Notes: generated from the letters alone by a model not told the origin. Positions 40,412 through 48,860 are shown, numbered from the stretch's first letter. The stretch is DNA of 58,296 nucleotides from a virus (IMGVR_UViG_3300042889_002114:1-58296); one strand, 5' to 3'. Made by a program: numbers and translations.

Positions 40412-40866
40412 TCCAAAAATATACCAGGGAGGATATTTGGAATATCCTCACTCGTCCCGACGATCCAAAGAACGACAGGCAGGATCGACAGAGGATGCAC
40501 ACGATTGGTAGGGCTCTCGTGGCTGTTGCCTCTCGGCGTCACCTTAGACACACGATTGAAATCACACGGGAACCCTGCGGTTTTGCCGGGCAGGAGGCCG
40601 AGCGTGGTGAGAGTATGGCTAGGTATTATACCGAGAAGGGTCGCCTAACCGACCTGCAGGTCAAATGGTGGTTGGTTCCCGACGCCAAGGGTGTTCCGAG
40701 GATCTGCAAATACTGGCGACAGCTTCTCCTAATCGCCAATGAAAAGCTTCGAGTCATGGAATATCGTAGGAGCAAATACCTACCCGATCAAATGGATCTC
40801 TTTGATTGTGATGAAGTGGTGATGGATCGTTCCGAAGCGATTGAAAGACGAAGCAATGAACGGTGA
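40408..40866 (+). CDS. hypothetical protein
   Basis: ATGA overlap. Confidence 0.6.
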   Translation: MIQKYTREDIWNILTRPDDPKNDRQDRQRMHTIGRALVAVASRRHLRHTIEITREPCGFAGQEAERGESMARYYTEKGRLTDLQVKWWLVPDAKGVPRICKYWRQLLLIANEKLRVMEYRRSKYLPDQMDLFDCDEVVMDRSEAIERRSNER

Positions 40867-40960
40867 TGCAGTTCTTACTGGTTGCGATCTTGTCTTTTGC
40901 GTATATGCTTTCAGGAATGGTTGAATACCAATTCGAGACTTCTTGGGAGAACAAAACGCA

Positions 40961-41389
40961 ATGCAGGTACTCATAACGACGGTTCAAGCTATCAGGCCAC
41001 ATGGCGACAGCTTGAGCATCGTAACCGTGGATGGCCATGAAGTGGTGGCCAACCGCCTCGAGGACGGCAGCTTCCGTTGGACCGAGGGCGAAGTCTGCGT
41101 CTACGTTCCCGAGAACGCCATCATCCCCGAGGACGTACTCAAGGAGCGCGGCTATTGGAACGACGAAAAGAACAAGGGACTGCTCGGCGGCAGCAAAGGC
41201 AACCGTGTGAAGATGCAACGCTTCGCCGGTCACGAGTCGCGTGGGCTTCTGTTCAAAGTCGAGACCTCAGGCGAAGCCAACCCCAGCCTTTGGTTGGAGC
41301 GTGGTGAGGAAGATGTCTGGGAAGACATCGAGGTCGGTGACAATGTCAAGGATTACCTGGGCATCACAGAATACATTCCGGAGAGCTGA
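40961..41389 (+). CDS. OB-fold/tRNA-binding-like protein resembling the N-terminal domain of DRB0094-type RNA ligases
   Basis: I.PH.D.L....VDG..VV...GE.CVY.PE...RVK..RF.G..SRGLL; no ligase domain follows. Confidence 0.6.
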   Translation: MQVLITTVQAIRPHGDSLSIVTVDGHEVVANRLEDGSFRWTEGEVCVYVPENAIIPEDVLKERGYWNDEKNKGLLGGSKGNRVKMQRFAGHESRGLLFKVETSGEANPSLWLERGEEDVWEDIEVGDNVKDYLGITEYIPES

Positions 41390-41391
41390 AT

Positions 41392-41580
41392 ATGGACGAC
41401 GTAATCTACGCTGAACTCGCAGAGGTGGCACGTCACGCCATGCTTGAGCAGTCGGAGGTGGCCATCTCGGCTGCTATCATCCAGGCCTATGCGGTGCTCC
41501 GTGCGGCCAACATCACGGCTGAAATGGCTTGGCCAGGTGTGGTAGAGGCTGGTATCACGACTCCGATCACGGCCGCCTAG
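41392..41580 (+). CDS. small hypothetical protein
   Basis: Tightly packed operon ORF. Confidence 0.5.
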   Translation: MDDVIYAELAEVARHAMLEQSEVAISAAIIQAYAVLRAANITAEMAWPGVVEAGITTPITAA

Positions 41581-41581
41581 A

Positions 41582-41953
41582 ATGATCGACACAGAGCGAC
41601 AAATCGCTGTCTGCAATGTGCTGGGTTGGGGTATCGAACGCCGCCTCGATGATAGCTGGATGGTGGTCGACCGCAGCAAGGGTAGAGAGATCAACTACAC
41701 ACGATTGGGAAACAAAGGTTTCCCAAGCCGAGATACGGCGATCATGGCGTGCTGGTCATTCGTACTGAAAGAGCATGACCTCTACCTGCACAAAAAGGGT
41801 GGCATCTACCGCAAACAGGATGAGCGTCTGGTTCATGACACGGATATCACAGTCGTCAACTACGAGCACATCCACCCACACGAACGCGCTCCGGGATGCC
41901 GGACCAAATCCGAGTGGGAGACTCCTGGCCGCTTCGTGAAGATCACCCTATGA
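41582..41953 (+). CDS. hypothetical protein
   Basis: Tightly packed operon ORF. Confidence 0.6.
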   Translation: MIDTERQIAVCNVLGWGIERRLDDSWMVVDRSKGREINYTRLGNKGFPSRDTAIMACWSFVLKEHDLYLHKKGGIYRKQDERLVHDTDITVVNYEHIHPHERAPGCRTKSEWETPGRFVKITL

Positions 41954-42399
41954 GTCGGCTGGATACTGCTCGTTCAATCCTGCAGGGTGAGACACTTCAC
42001 GCCCCACGCGGTGTTGCTGCGGTTCCCTTGTTGGTTGCTGACTATACCTGGTACAGCCTCGAGGAACTCACAAGGCGTCATGCCGCCGATGTCAGACAAA
42101 TGGCCGATGTCAGTGCCAGTATGGCATACAACCAGGCCGTGAGTGTCGCCCAGAGCATTTTACGGGCACAGGGTGGTACACATTATTATGACGCGGGCCG
42201 CAAGGAACCAGAGGAGCACCTAGGCCTCCACGTGGGTGACTACGTGACTTGGGACAATTGGTCAGGTCGAATCAAAGAACTGGACAGTTTCGGTTGGGCA
42301 TTTGTTTCTGTACGGATCAAAGAGCCTAATGGTAAGCGAGGCCATCAGGTAAGCATCCGCATCAAGAGAAACAAACTCCAGAGACTCACGCTGGACTGA
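41950..42399 (+). CDS. hypothetical protein
   Basis: ATGA overlap; start at MSRLD. Confidence 0.6.
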   Translation: MSRLDTARSILQGETLHAPRGVAAVPLLVADYTWYSLEELTRRHAADVRQMADVSASMAYNQAVSVAQSILRAQGGTHYYDAGRKEPEEHLGLHVGDYVTWDNWSGRIKELDSFGWAFVSVRIKEPNGKRGHQVSIRIKRNKLQRLTLD

Positions 42400-42935
42400 T
42401 GATCCTTATCACCCGAAAGCAAGGTGATACTCGTAAAGCGACCAGTTCACACCTGGGCCTAATATGGCAGCTTTTCCGCTGGTGGTATGAACTCAAGCGG
42501 AATCTTCCATCCTCTAAATATAGGATGGACCATAGGATACCACCTAAACCCACTAGCTATGACTCTGCCCCCAAGGGCACTTGTCGCTGGTGCAACAATC
42601 CCATCCTGGGGAAAACTGGTAAGCCAAACGTGAGAGCGTCTTGGCATCCCAAATGTGTGAATGAGTACAAGTTGATTCACTGGCCGGGTGTAACCCGCCG
42701 CGCAGTCTTCAAGCGTGACCGTGGTGTCTGTGCATCATGTGGACATCAATGTGCCCGTAAGGGCAAGGACGTCTGGCATATGGACCACATCAAGCCTCTG
42801 ATTGAGTCGCTCGGTGATCTCAAGTTTTGGAAGTTGCCGAATCTACAGACGTTGTGTCAACGATGCCACTTCGCGAAGACGGGACGAGAAGCGACCGCCA
42901 GAGCCGAGGCCAGACGACAAGAAAAGCAATCATAA
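42399..42935 (+). CDS. HNH endonuclease
   Basis: RD.GVCASC...HMDHIKPL...NLQTLCQRCH..KT. Confidence 0.85.
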   Translation: MILITRKQGDTRKATSSHLGLIWQLFRWWYELKRNLPSSKYRMDHRIPPKPTSYDSAPKGTCRWCNNPILGKTGKPNVRASWHPKCVNEYKLIHWPGVTRRAVFKRDRGVCASCGHQCARKGKDVWHMDHIKPLIESLGDLKFWKLPNLQTLCQRCHFAKTGREATARAEARRQEKQS

Positions 42936-43091
42936 GCCCTTCTTTTCACGACGAAGGTTCTTGATGTCAGTCTCGATGCTTTCCGTGGAATCCGAGGCTA
43001 CTTCCTCGTCCGCGTTGTAGCCCATAACGGCTAGGCAGTTCACTGGTAGATCTTTCCACCAACTCTCCGGCATGATTTCTAGTGCTCTCAT
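42930..43091 (-). CDS. small late protein (MRALEI...)
   Basis: TAAATA on the minus strand just before ATG at 43091. Confidence 0.5.
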   Translation of the reverse strand: MRALEIMPESWWKDLPVNCLAVMGYNADEEVASDSTESIETDIKNLRREKKGL

Positions 43092-43154
43092 GTGGGTATT
43101 TATCACAGTATTTAATGGCTTGCTCTGAAGCTGCTTTTCGCATACATTGGCACC

Positions 43155-43625
43155 ATGCAAGCCAGATCAGCAAACGTCGTTAACTATCGCCATCGAGTCT
43201 CGCTGGACCTTCTAGCTAGGGACCTCGATCGGGTGCTATCCAAACAGCAGAAGCAAGTCATCACCCTCGAGTTGATCGAGAAGGGATTGATGTTGATGCC
43301 TTGGTGGCTCCGGCTTATTAAGCTCGCCTGCTCAGCTGACAAGTGGAAGTTGGTCATGTACCGCGTGTGGGATCAACACGATGACCTCCTGGATTCGATG
43401 TGGCGCGACTCAATGACCCACATGACTCGGGGCAAGGATCGTGTGGACCCCAAGAGTGCTGGTGGCTACAACGGTGACGAGATGAAGATCTTCACTGATC
43501 TATTGGACCGAGTGGGTTACATGCCGGGTAACAACCTGGTGATGACCGCGTTGCGGGATGGCTTCTTCCAGGACAGCGGACTGGCCACAGCCCAGCAACT
43601 CAAGGAAGAATTCAGCCTTGCTTGA
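43155..43625 (+). CDS. hypothetical protein
   Basis: 156-aa ORF. Confidence 0.6.
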   Translation: MQARSANVVNYRHRVSLDLLARDLDRVLSKQQKQVITLELIEKGLMLMPWWLRLIKLACSADKWKLVMYRVWDQHDDLLDSMWRDSMTHMTRGKDRVDPKSAGGYNGDEMKIFTDLLDRVGYMPGNNLVMTALRDGFFQDSGLATAQQLKEEFSLA

Positions 43626-43926
43626 ATGGGGTGAACCCCGTGACATGTTGCTGGCTCCCAGAGACGGGAGGCAGATCATGTTGCTACTCAGTAATGGCTG
43701 GTTGGCACTGGCCCGCTATCCTCGCACTGAAACCGATAAGCCAGCAAGCGACCGCTATAATGTATGGTGGCAACTTACTGGCCAAGGCGATGTCATTGAT
43801 GCCTCGACATTCAAGGGACAGCCCACTGGATTATACCCAGTGGGCTGGTGGAATGTTCCTGATCAAGACTGGGCCTGGGAGACCGCCCAACGGCTTAGGC
43901 CTGAAGGATCATCTGGGCAACCTTAG
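43618..43926 (+). CDS. hypothetical protein (APRDG...P..W, DUF551-like)
   Basis: APRDG..I motif and YPVGWW; start uncertain. Confidence 0.5.
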   Translation: MLEWGEPRDMLLAPRDGRQIMLLLSNGWLALARYPRTETDKPASDRYNVWWQLTGQGDVIDASTFKGQPTGLYPVGWWNVPDQDWAWETAQRLRPEGSSGQP

Positions 43927-44398
43927 TGCCCGCTTCTTCGGCATCCATCGAGACATTGATTTCACCGCGGCTGTCTAGACCGGAAACGAAATCCAGCATG
44001 TCATCTTCACTATATAGCGCATCAATGCCCTCGTAGGACATCGCTACGTTGGCGACAGCCATCTGCCATTCGCGAGCATCAACGTTCTCGGCAACCGTTT
44101 CCATTTGACGGGGACGGGCCTTGAGGTGAACCTGGACCTGATACTCCGAACCATCTTGGAGATCGATGTTGATGTAGTTCATGCCGCTGCTACCATCGAC
44201 GTGGCCCACACGCGAGACATTGATATCGTTCTCGCCGTACTGATAGCCTTGTAGAAGTTCACGAATGGCCATGGTGACCTCTTCCGTGGTCAAGCCCTCA
44301 CCCTCGAATTCTTCGTCATCGCCGAATTCCAAGACTACTTGGTTGAAAGCATTCTCGAGAAGAGCTAGTGCTCTGTTAATCTTATCTGAATTGGCCAT
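43895..44398 (-). CDS. acidic late protein
   Basis: AGGAG RBS and TAAATA on the minus strand. Confidence 0.7.
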   Translation of the reverse strand: MANSDKINRALALLENAFNQVVLEFGDDEEFEGEGLTTEEVTMAIRELLQGYQYGENDINVSRVGHVDGSSGMNYINIDLQDGSEYQVQVHLKARPRQMETVAENVDAREWQMAVANVAMSYEGIDALYSEDDMLDFVSGLDSRGEINVSMDAEEAGTKVAQMILQA

Positions 44399-44465
44399 GG
44401 TGTCTCCTAGGGTTCAGGATATTTATCCAGAATAGGTAGAGTGGTAGATTTAGATAAATAGGAAC

Positions 44466-45053
44466 ATGAAACGAGTGTTCCTAAAAGACTTTGACTGGGT
44501 TGGGATTCAATCAGCATACGATTCAGGAATATCATGGCAAGGAATCATCGAGAAATTCAAGACGACTCCCACTAGCTTGAACAAAGCTGCGAAGCTTGGA
44601 TTGTTCAAAACTAGATCACAGAAGGAAGGTTCTGTGAGAGCGGCCGCCAGCCGTCCCAAACAAGTTCACACCGATGAATTCTGTCAGGCACAATCCCGTC
44701 GAGCCAAAGAACGTGGGTTGGGTGGTCAACGGAACAGTCACAAGATAGAATACAAGGGTGTGGTTTTAGATTCATCTTACGAGCTAGAGATGGCACAGAA
44801 TCTAGATGCTGCGGGTGTAAAATGGTCTCGCCCTGGCCGCTTCAAATGGATTGATGATTCGGGTGTGGATCACCATTATACGCCGGATTTCTACCTTCCC
44901 CATTATAATGTGTATCTCGATCCCAAACACAAGGGTTTGATTCCTCTCCACGCTAGGAAAATTGAATTGGTCCAGGAGCAGAATGACATAAGAGTTCTGG
45001 TTCTTACAAAAGAACAGTTGACGTGGGCTGCCGTACTCAGTTACGTTGGATAA
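44466..45053 (+). CDS. free-standing PD-(D/E)XK (TnsA_N-like) putative homing endonuclease
   Basis: SSYE...W.RP...YTPDFYLP...YLDPK; N-terminal HTH-like module. Confidence 0.8.
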   Translation: MKRVFLKDFDWVGIQSAYDSGISWQGIIEKFKTTPTSLNKAAKLGLFKTRSQKEGSVRAAASRPKQVHTDEFCQAQSRRAKERGLGGQRNSHKIEYKGVVLDSSYELEMAQNLDAAGVKWSRPGRFKWIDDSGVDHHYTPDFYLPHYNVYLDPKHKGLIPLHARKIELVQEQNDIRVLVLTKEQLTWAAVLSYVG

Positions 45054-45066
45054 ATAGGAACACACC

Positions 45067-45141
45067 GGGGACTTAGTGATAACGGTAGCACGCCAGATTT
45101 GCATTCTGGATGTAGGGGTTCGATTCCCCTAGTCTCCACCA
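45067..45141 (+). tRNA. tRNA-Ala(TGC)
   Basis: G3:U70; CCAGA-TTTGCAT-TCTGG; CCA. Confidence 0.92.
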
Positions 45142-45179
45142 ATACTGGATGTCATCGGTTCGAATCCGTTATTCTCCAC
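45142..45179 (+). pseudogene. 3' half remnant of a tRNA (Ala-like)
   Basis: CTGG-ATGTC-ATCGGTTCGAATCCG-TTATTCTCCAC with no 5' half attached. Confidence 0.7.
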
Positions 45180-45237
45180 TTAGGTTCCACGCCAAGAGAT
45201 GCGTCTCTTGGCCCACTCCTGCTTTCGGGCGGAGATA

Positions 45238-45267
45238 GATAGCCCGGCGTGGCCACGCCGGGCTATC
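45238..45267. terminator. perfect 30-bp palindrome
   Basis: GATAGCCCGGCGTGGCCACGCCGGGCTATC. Confidence 0.6.
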
Positions 45268-45501
45268 GCCATATAATGAGAGCCCTAGTGGTTTTCAAAG
45301 AATTCAGAAACATATTGCAACGCCACACACGGTAGTGCATTATGGATCAGTAGTCGGACGGAGACGCCCGGCGGACTTGGACGCAGAAAAGTTTCTGTAG
45401 AAAAGTTGAATTAAACGGTTGACGTATCATCCGTTTGGTATAAATAGAAATAACAGTCCAAGCCATTCCGGCGCGGACAACCTAAGGATTCGTAATCTAC
45501 T

Positions 45502-45681
45502 ATGTTCGACTCGTCCACCCTCTTTAGCAAAAAGCTCGCCGGTGCAAACCGTCGCGGCTGGTCGGCTGAGCGCGGCGGATGCGAACATAATGTGATTATG
45601 CCGTCCGCCTTGTATCAAAATCAGCCTACACAGCTGGTCAGCGATACAGGCACCCGGGGTTCTCCTGGAGGTTCTTGCTAA
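45502..45681 (+). CDS. candidate 59-aa leader peptide
   Basis: TATAAATA at 45439, AAGGA RBS; followed by a GC-rich hairpin. Confidence 0.45.
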   Translation: MFDSSTLFSKKLAGANRRGWSAERGGCEHNVIMPSALYQNQPTQLVSDTGTRGSPGGSC

Positions 45682-45717
45682 GAGGTAACTTTAAGCAAAA
45701 CACTTCTAGTAGTAAAC

Positions 45718-45749
45718 GCCCCGGGCACCGAAAGGTCCCGGGGCTTCTT
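45718..45749 (+). terminator. terminator-like hairpin (possible attenuator)
   Basis: GCCCCGGG-c-ACC-GAAA-GGT-CCCGGGGC-TTCTT. Confidence 0.6.
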
Positions 45750-45808
45750 GCATCTGGACCCGACGGTAACGGGGCAGAAAATAAAATGCGGAAAACTTAA
45801 AAAGTTAG

Positions 45809-45837
45809 TTGACAGTGTTTTAGAAGTATGCTAAAAT
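45809..45837 (+). promoter_or_regulatory. near-consensus sigma70 promoter for the tRNA array
   Basis: TTGACA-17nt-TAAAAT. Confidence 0.75.
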
Positions 45838-46098
45838 AGAATTCCGAAGGACTTAGGTCCCAAGGAGCAGTTGCTGGACTTAAACCAGCAGTGGTAAACG
45901 CGGAACGAGACTGCGGGATAGCCACTCAAAATAAACCCGAATGGGCGGTGCCGAGGATGAAACCCAGGTGATGGGGAGTAAAAATAGGTGGATGTATTGA
46001 ATCCACCGTGGGCAGTGAGAGGGAAACCTCTCGCAAGCGGATCCGTCTAAAGTGCTAGACAACATATTCCGCTTATCAATAAAAAAGGCCAAAGTTTT

Positions 46099-46176
46099 CA
46101 GCGTGTAGGGGAGTCTGGAGTCCCTGCCACCTCGGGAAGGTGGAGATCGCAGGTTCAAATCCTGCTACGCTGACCA
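46099..46176 (+). tRNA. tRNA-Pro(GGG)
   Basis: CCACC-TCGGGAA-GGTGG (C33); CCA. Confidence 0.88.
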
Positions 46177-46222
46177 AGATTTATATCCAGGCTGAGCGGC
46201 ACTCATAAGTCCTGGACGATAT

Positions 46223-46297
46223 GCTTCTGTAGCACAATGGCTAGTGCAACGAGCTGATAACTCGTAGATTCAGGTTCGATTCCTGGCAGAAGTACCA
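46223..46297 (+). tRNA. tRNA-Ile(GAT)
   Basis: ACGAG-CTGATAA-CTCGT; CCA. Confidence 0.93.
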
Positions 46298-46306
46298 ACA
46301 CAATAT

Positions 46307-46391
46307 GCGGTTGTGATGAAACTGGTAGACTTGCTGCACTCAGAATGCAGTGCCTTCGGGCGTGGTGGTTCGAATCCACTCAGCCGCACCA
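46307..46391 (+). tRNA. tRNA-Leu(CAG)
   Basis: CTGCA-CTCAGAA-TGCAG; variable arm; CCA. Confidence 0.93.
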
Positions 46392-46395
46392 ACAC

Positions 46396-46469
46396 GTGAT
46401 CATAGTTCAATTTCAGAGAACGCCGGCCCTGGGCTGGAAGTGCGGGGGAAGATCCCGCTGATTGCACCA
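46396..46469 (+). ncRNA. tRNA-like RNA with a truncated anticodon loop
   Basis: Acceptor GTGATCA/TGATTGC, ACCA end, 3-5 nt anticodon loop, atypical T loop. Confidence 0.6.
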
Positions 46470-46479
46470 ACTCTTTCAT

Positions 46480-46556
46480 TCCCATTGGTCCCTGTCGGTA
46501 GGGGAGCGACACTGTTAATGTCGATGTTGTAGGTTCGAGTCCTACATTGGGAGCCA
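46480..46556 (+). tRNA. tRNA-Asn(GTT)
   Basis: CGACA-CTGTTAA-TGTCG; GCCA. Confidence 0.9.
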
Positions 46557-46571
46557 ACATTCACCTTTTAT

Positions 46572-46647
46572 TCCTGTTTAGTCATCTTGGTGAGGGCGTC
46601 CGGCTGTTAACCGGAATAGGCTGGTTCGAACCCAGCAACAGGAGCCA
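46572..46647 (+). tRNA. tRNA-Asn(GTT)
   Basis: TCCGG-CTGTTAA-CCGGA; GCCA. Confidence 0.92.
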
Positions 46648-46654
46648 ACATTTA

Positions 46655-46690
46655 TGCGCGGTCGACAGGAGGTGGTTCCTGCCAGGTCTC
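46655..46690 (+). pseudogene. 5' half remnant of a tRNA (Met-like) ending in the anticodon loop
   Basis: TGCGCGG...GGTGGT...CAGGT-CTC followed by CGCTAAATA. Confidence 0.65.
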
Positions 46691-46704
46691 CGCTAAATAC
46701 TGGT

Positions 46705-47259
46705 ATGCGATATACCATTTACAAAATCACGAATTTGCTCAACGGTAAGTTCTATATCGGGAAGCACCAAACCTCTAATCCACTTGATGGATATTTTGGT
46801 TCGGGGCGGGCACTGAAGAGTGCCATCAAGCTTCACGGTAAAGAGAACTTCACCAAAGAGATACTCTTCGAGTTTGACTCAGAAGAGGAAATGAATGCCA
46901 AGGAGCGCGATCTCATTACCCTAGAGTTGGTTAATGATCCAGCATCCTATAACATGGCAGTTGGTGGTGAAGGTGGTCCTCACTTCAAAGGGCGACAACA
47001 TTCATCGGAAACCAAAGAACGAATTAGCCAGAGCTTAACAGGAAAGCAAGCCGCCTCGGTGTCCGAAGAGACCCGAGCAAAGCTTTCGGAGAAGAGCAAG
47101 GGTAACAAAAGTAAAACTGGTCAACAGACCTCGGAAGAGGTTAAGGCTAAGATAGCCAAGTCAATGACCGGTAAGAAACACAGTGAAGAAACCAAACAGA
47201 AGCTGCGAGAAGCTCGTTTGAGAACACTGGACAAGTCGCGGGTAGGACAAGACAGTTAG
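46705..47259 (+). CDS. GIY-YIG homing endonuclease (Seg-like, NUMOD3 repeats)
   Basis: TIYKITN..NGKFYIG...YFGSG...YN...GG; HS.ETK repeats; probable start at 46705. Confidence 0.9.
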   Translation: MRYTIYKITNLLNGKFYIGKHQTSNPLDGYFGSGRALKSAIKLHGKENFTKEILFEFDSEEEMNAKERDLITLELVNDPASYNMAVGGEGGPHFKGRQHSSETKERISQSLTGKQAASVSEETRAKLSEKSKGNKSKTGQQTSEEVKAKIAKSMTGKKHSEETKQKLREARLRTLDKSRVGQDS

Positions 47260-47314
47260 TCGCCAGCCTCATAAGCTGGATATCTGGTAGTTGCGAGCAC
47301 TACACCCGCTCCCA
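47237..47314 (+). tRNA. tRNA-Met(CAT), overlapping the endonuclease stop
   Basis: CCAGC-CTCATAA-GCTGG; 1:72 mismatch; atypical T loop; CCA. Confidence 0.82.
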
Positions 47315-47344
47315 TTCCAAGCTGGAGATGACAACCAGCTTTAT

Positions 47345-47419
47345 ACCACTGTACGCATCTGGTGAGGCGACTCCCCTGTCACGGGAATGAGGCGGGTTCG
47401 ATTCCCGTCAGTGGTGCCA
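47345..47419 (+). tRNA. tRNA-Asp(GTC)
   Basis: TCCC-CTGTCAC-GGGA; GCCA. Confidence 0.88.
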
Positions 47420-47427
47420 ACTTCTCT

Positions 47428-47504
47428 GCCCGTATCGTTCTTCTGGAGAGGTCACCTGCTCGACACGCAGGGTTAGGTGAGTTCGATTCTCACTGCGGGC
47501 ACCA
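47428..47504 (+). tRNA. tRNA-Val(GAC)
   Basis: CCTGC-TCGACAC-GCAGG (C33); ACCA. Confidence 0.85.
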
Positions 47505-47517
47505 ACAAGTCATTCAT

Positions 47518-47591
47518 GGCTCGCGCGATGGAGTCGCGGCTGATCCTTACAAGATCGGCGTCACAGGGTTCGATTCCCTGACGGGCTACCA
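47518..47591 (+). tRNA. tRNA-Val(TAC)
   Basis: TGATC-CTTACAA-GATCG; ACCA. Confidence 0.85.
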
Positions 47592-47597
47592 AATACT

Positions 47598-47672
47598 GGA
47601 CTGGGGTCCCCATGGTGGGGAAGCACACTCTTAATGTGCCCGTCGAGGGTTCGATCCCCTCCTAGTCCTCCA
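47598..47672 (+). tRNA. tRNA-Lys(CTT)
   Basis: GCACA-CTCTTAA-TGTGC; CCA. Confidence 0.87.
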
Positions 47673-47679
47673 ACATCAC

Positions 47680-47756
47680 GGACCTGTAGCACAATTGGTA
47701 GTTGCGGGGGCCTCTTAAGCCCTAGGTTGTCGGTTCGACCCCGACCAGGTTCACCA
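47680..47756 (+). tRNA. tRNA-Lys(CTT)
   Basis: GGGGC-CTCTTAA-GCCCT; ACCA. Confidence 0.9.
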
Positions 47757-47782
47757 AAGACCTAGCTCTGCTAGGCACTAAC

Positions 47783-47865
47783 GGGAAGGTAAAGCCGATG
47801 GTTTCGGCAGGCAGTCTGTAAAACTGCTCTTTCGGGGAGTGGATCGTAACCGCACCTTCCCACCA
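47783..47865 (+). tRNA. tRNA-Tyr(GTA)
   Basis: GCAGT-CTGTAAA-ACTGC; variable arm; ATCGTAA T loop. Confidence 0.85.
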
Positions 47866-47869
47866 ATAT

Positions 47870-47952
47870 GCACCAGTAACCGAGAGTCATATGGGTATGG
47901 CGGGAGGCTTTTAATCTCCTGGTAGGGGGATCGTAACCTCACTGGTGTGCCA
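47870..47952 (+). tRNA. tRNA-Lys(TTT), atypical D and T arms
   Basis: GGAGG-CTTTTAA-TCTCC; GCCA. Confidence 0.75.
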
Positions 47953-47964
47953 ATAAAATCAAAT

Positions 47965-48035
47965 GGCTAGGGTACTGGGTACGCGAGACTCTCATAAGGT
48001 CTTGTTGCCGGGATCGTAACCCGGACTAGCCTCCA
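47965..48035 (+). tRNA. tRNA with CAT anticodon (Met or Ile2)
   Basis: AGACT-CTCATAA-GGTCT; short D arm; CCA. Confidence 0.75.
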
Positions 48036-48039
48036 ACAT

Positions 48040-48116
48040 GCCCGCGTGACGTAACTGGTAAACGTGTCACGCTTAGACCGTGAATTCTGGAGGTTCGAAT
48101 CCTCTCGCGGGCACCA
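48040..48116 (+). tRNA. tRNA-Leu(TAG), short variable arm
   Basis: TCACG-CTTAGAC-CGTGA; ACCA. Confidence 0.88.
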
Positions 48117-48123
48117 AAGCTGA

Positions 48124-48156
48124 TGGAGATTAGTGTAGCTGGTAACATACCGCACT
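48124..48156 (+). pseudogene. 5' half remnant of tRNA-Gln ending at U33
   Basis: TGGAGATTAGTGTAGCTGGTAACATACCGCACT; closely resembles the 5' half of the tRNA at 48773. Confidence 0.85.
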
Positions 48157-48165
48157 AAATACAGT

Positions 48166-48768
48166 ATGATCATACAGCTCAAAAACAAATCATTGGTCCT
48201 TGAAGACCTGCAGAAATACTATGATGAAGGTCATAGTGTTGCGGCAACTGCCAAAGAGTTTGGTATTTCAAGTAGAACATTGATGAGGTTAAAAGCTAGT
48301 CACGGGTTTGTAACCAGGGACAAGTCAGCTGCATTGGTAGTATCCAATGCAAAGTATCCTAGAACCTTCAGCGAAGCTCAACGTGGTGTGCTTAGAACTC
48401 ACATGGAACGTCGGCTTGCTAATGGAACATATCCAACTCTTGGTAGGTCAAATCGGAAGATCGGGAAGCCATCATATCCGGAGACCTTCTTCAAGGAAGT
48501 GATCGAAAACGAGTTTACAGACAAACGCTACGAGGCGGAACATCCATTTGGATCCTTCTCCTTAGATTTTGCCTGGTTGCACTTGAAGAAGTGCATTGAG
48601 ATTGACGGTGAACAACATTTTGCTTCGCAAGAAGCGATTGATCGTGACTGTCGAAAAGATGCTTTCCTCGCCACAAACGGCTGGAAAGTATTTAGAATAC
48701 GGTGGAAGGATTTCTACAAAGATCCAAAGCCGCTCATCCTTCTTGTGAAGCAATTCATAGAAGAATGA
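48166..48768 (+). CDS. DUF559/Vsr-like putative homing endonuclease
   Basis: SYPE...FSLDFA...IEIDGEQH...D..KD.FL...GWKVFRI; N-terminal HTH-like module. Confidence 0.85.
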   Translation: MIIQLKNKSLVLEDLQKYYDEGHSVAATAKEFGISSRTLMRLKASHGFVTRDKSAALVVSNAKYPRTFSEAQRGVLRTHMERRLANGTYPTLGRSNRKIGKPSYPETFFKEVIENEFTDKRYEAEHPFGSFSLDFAWLHLKKCIEIDGEQHFASQEAIDRDCRKDAFLATNGWKVFRIRWKDFYKDPKPLILLVKQFIEE

Positions 48769-48772
48769 TTAT

Positions 48773-48847
48773 TGGAGATTGGTGTAAACGGTAACATCGA
48801 CGCCTCTGAAGCGTTTGTCCTAGGTTCGAACCCTAGATCTCCAGCCA
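48773..48847 (+). tRNA. tRNA-Gln(CTG)
   Basis: GACGC-CTCTGAA-GCGTT; U1:A72; GCCA. Confidence 0.93.
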
Positions 48848-48860
48848 ACTAGTCATTCAT

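Noticed and set aside
46655-47314. Group I introns as the explanation for the split tRNAs
   Set aside because: The ORFs fill the inserts with no room for a catalytic core, and a complete tRNA rather than a 3' exon follows.
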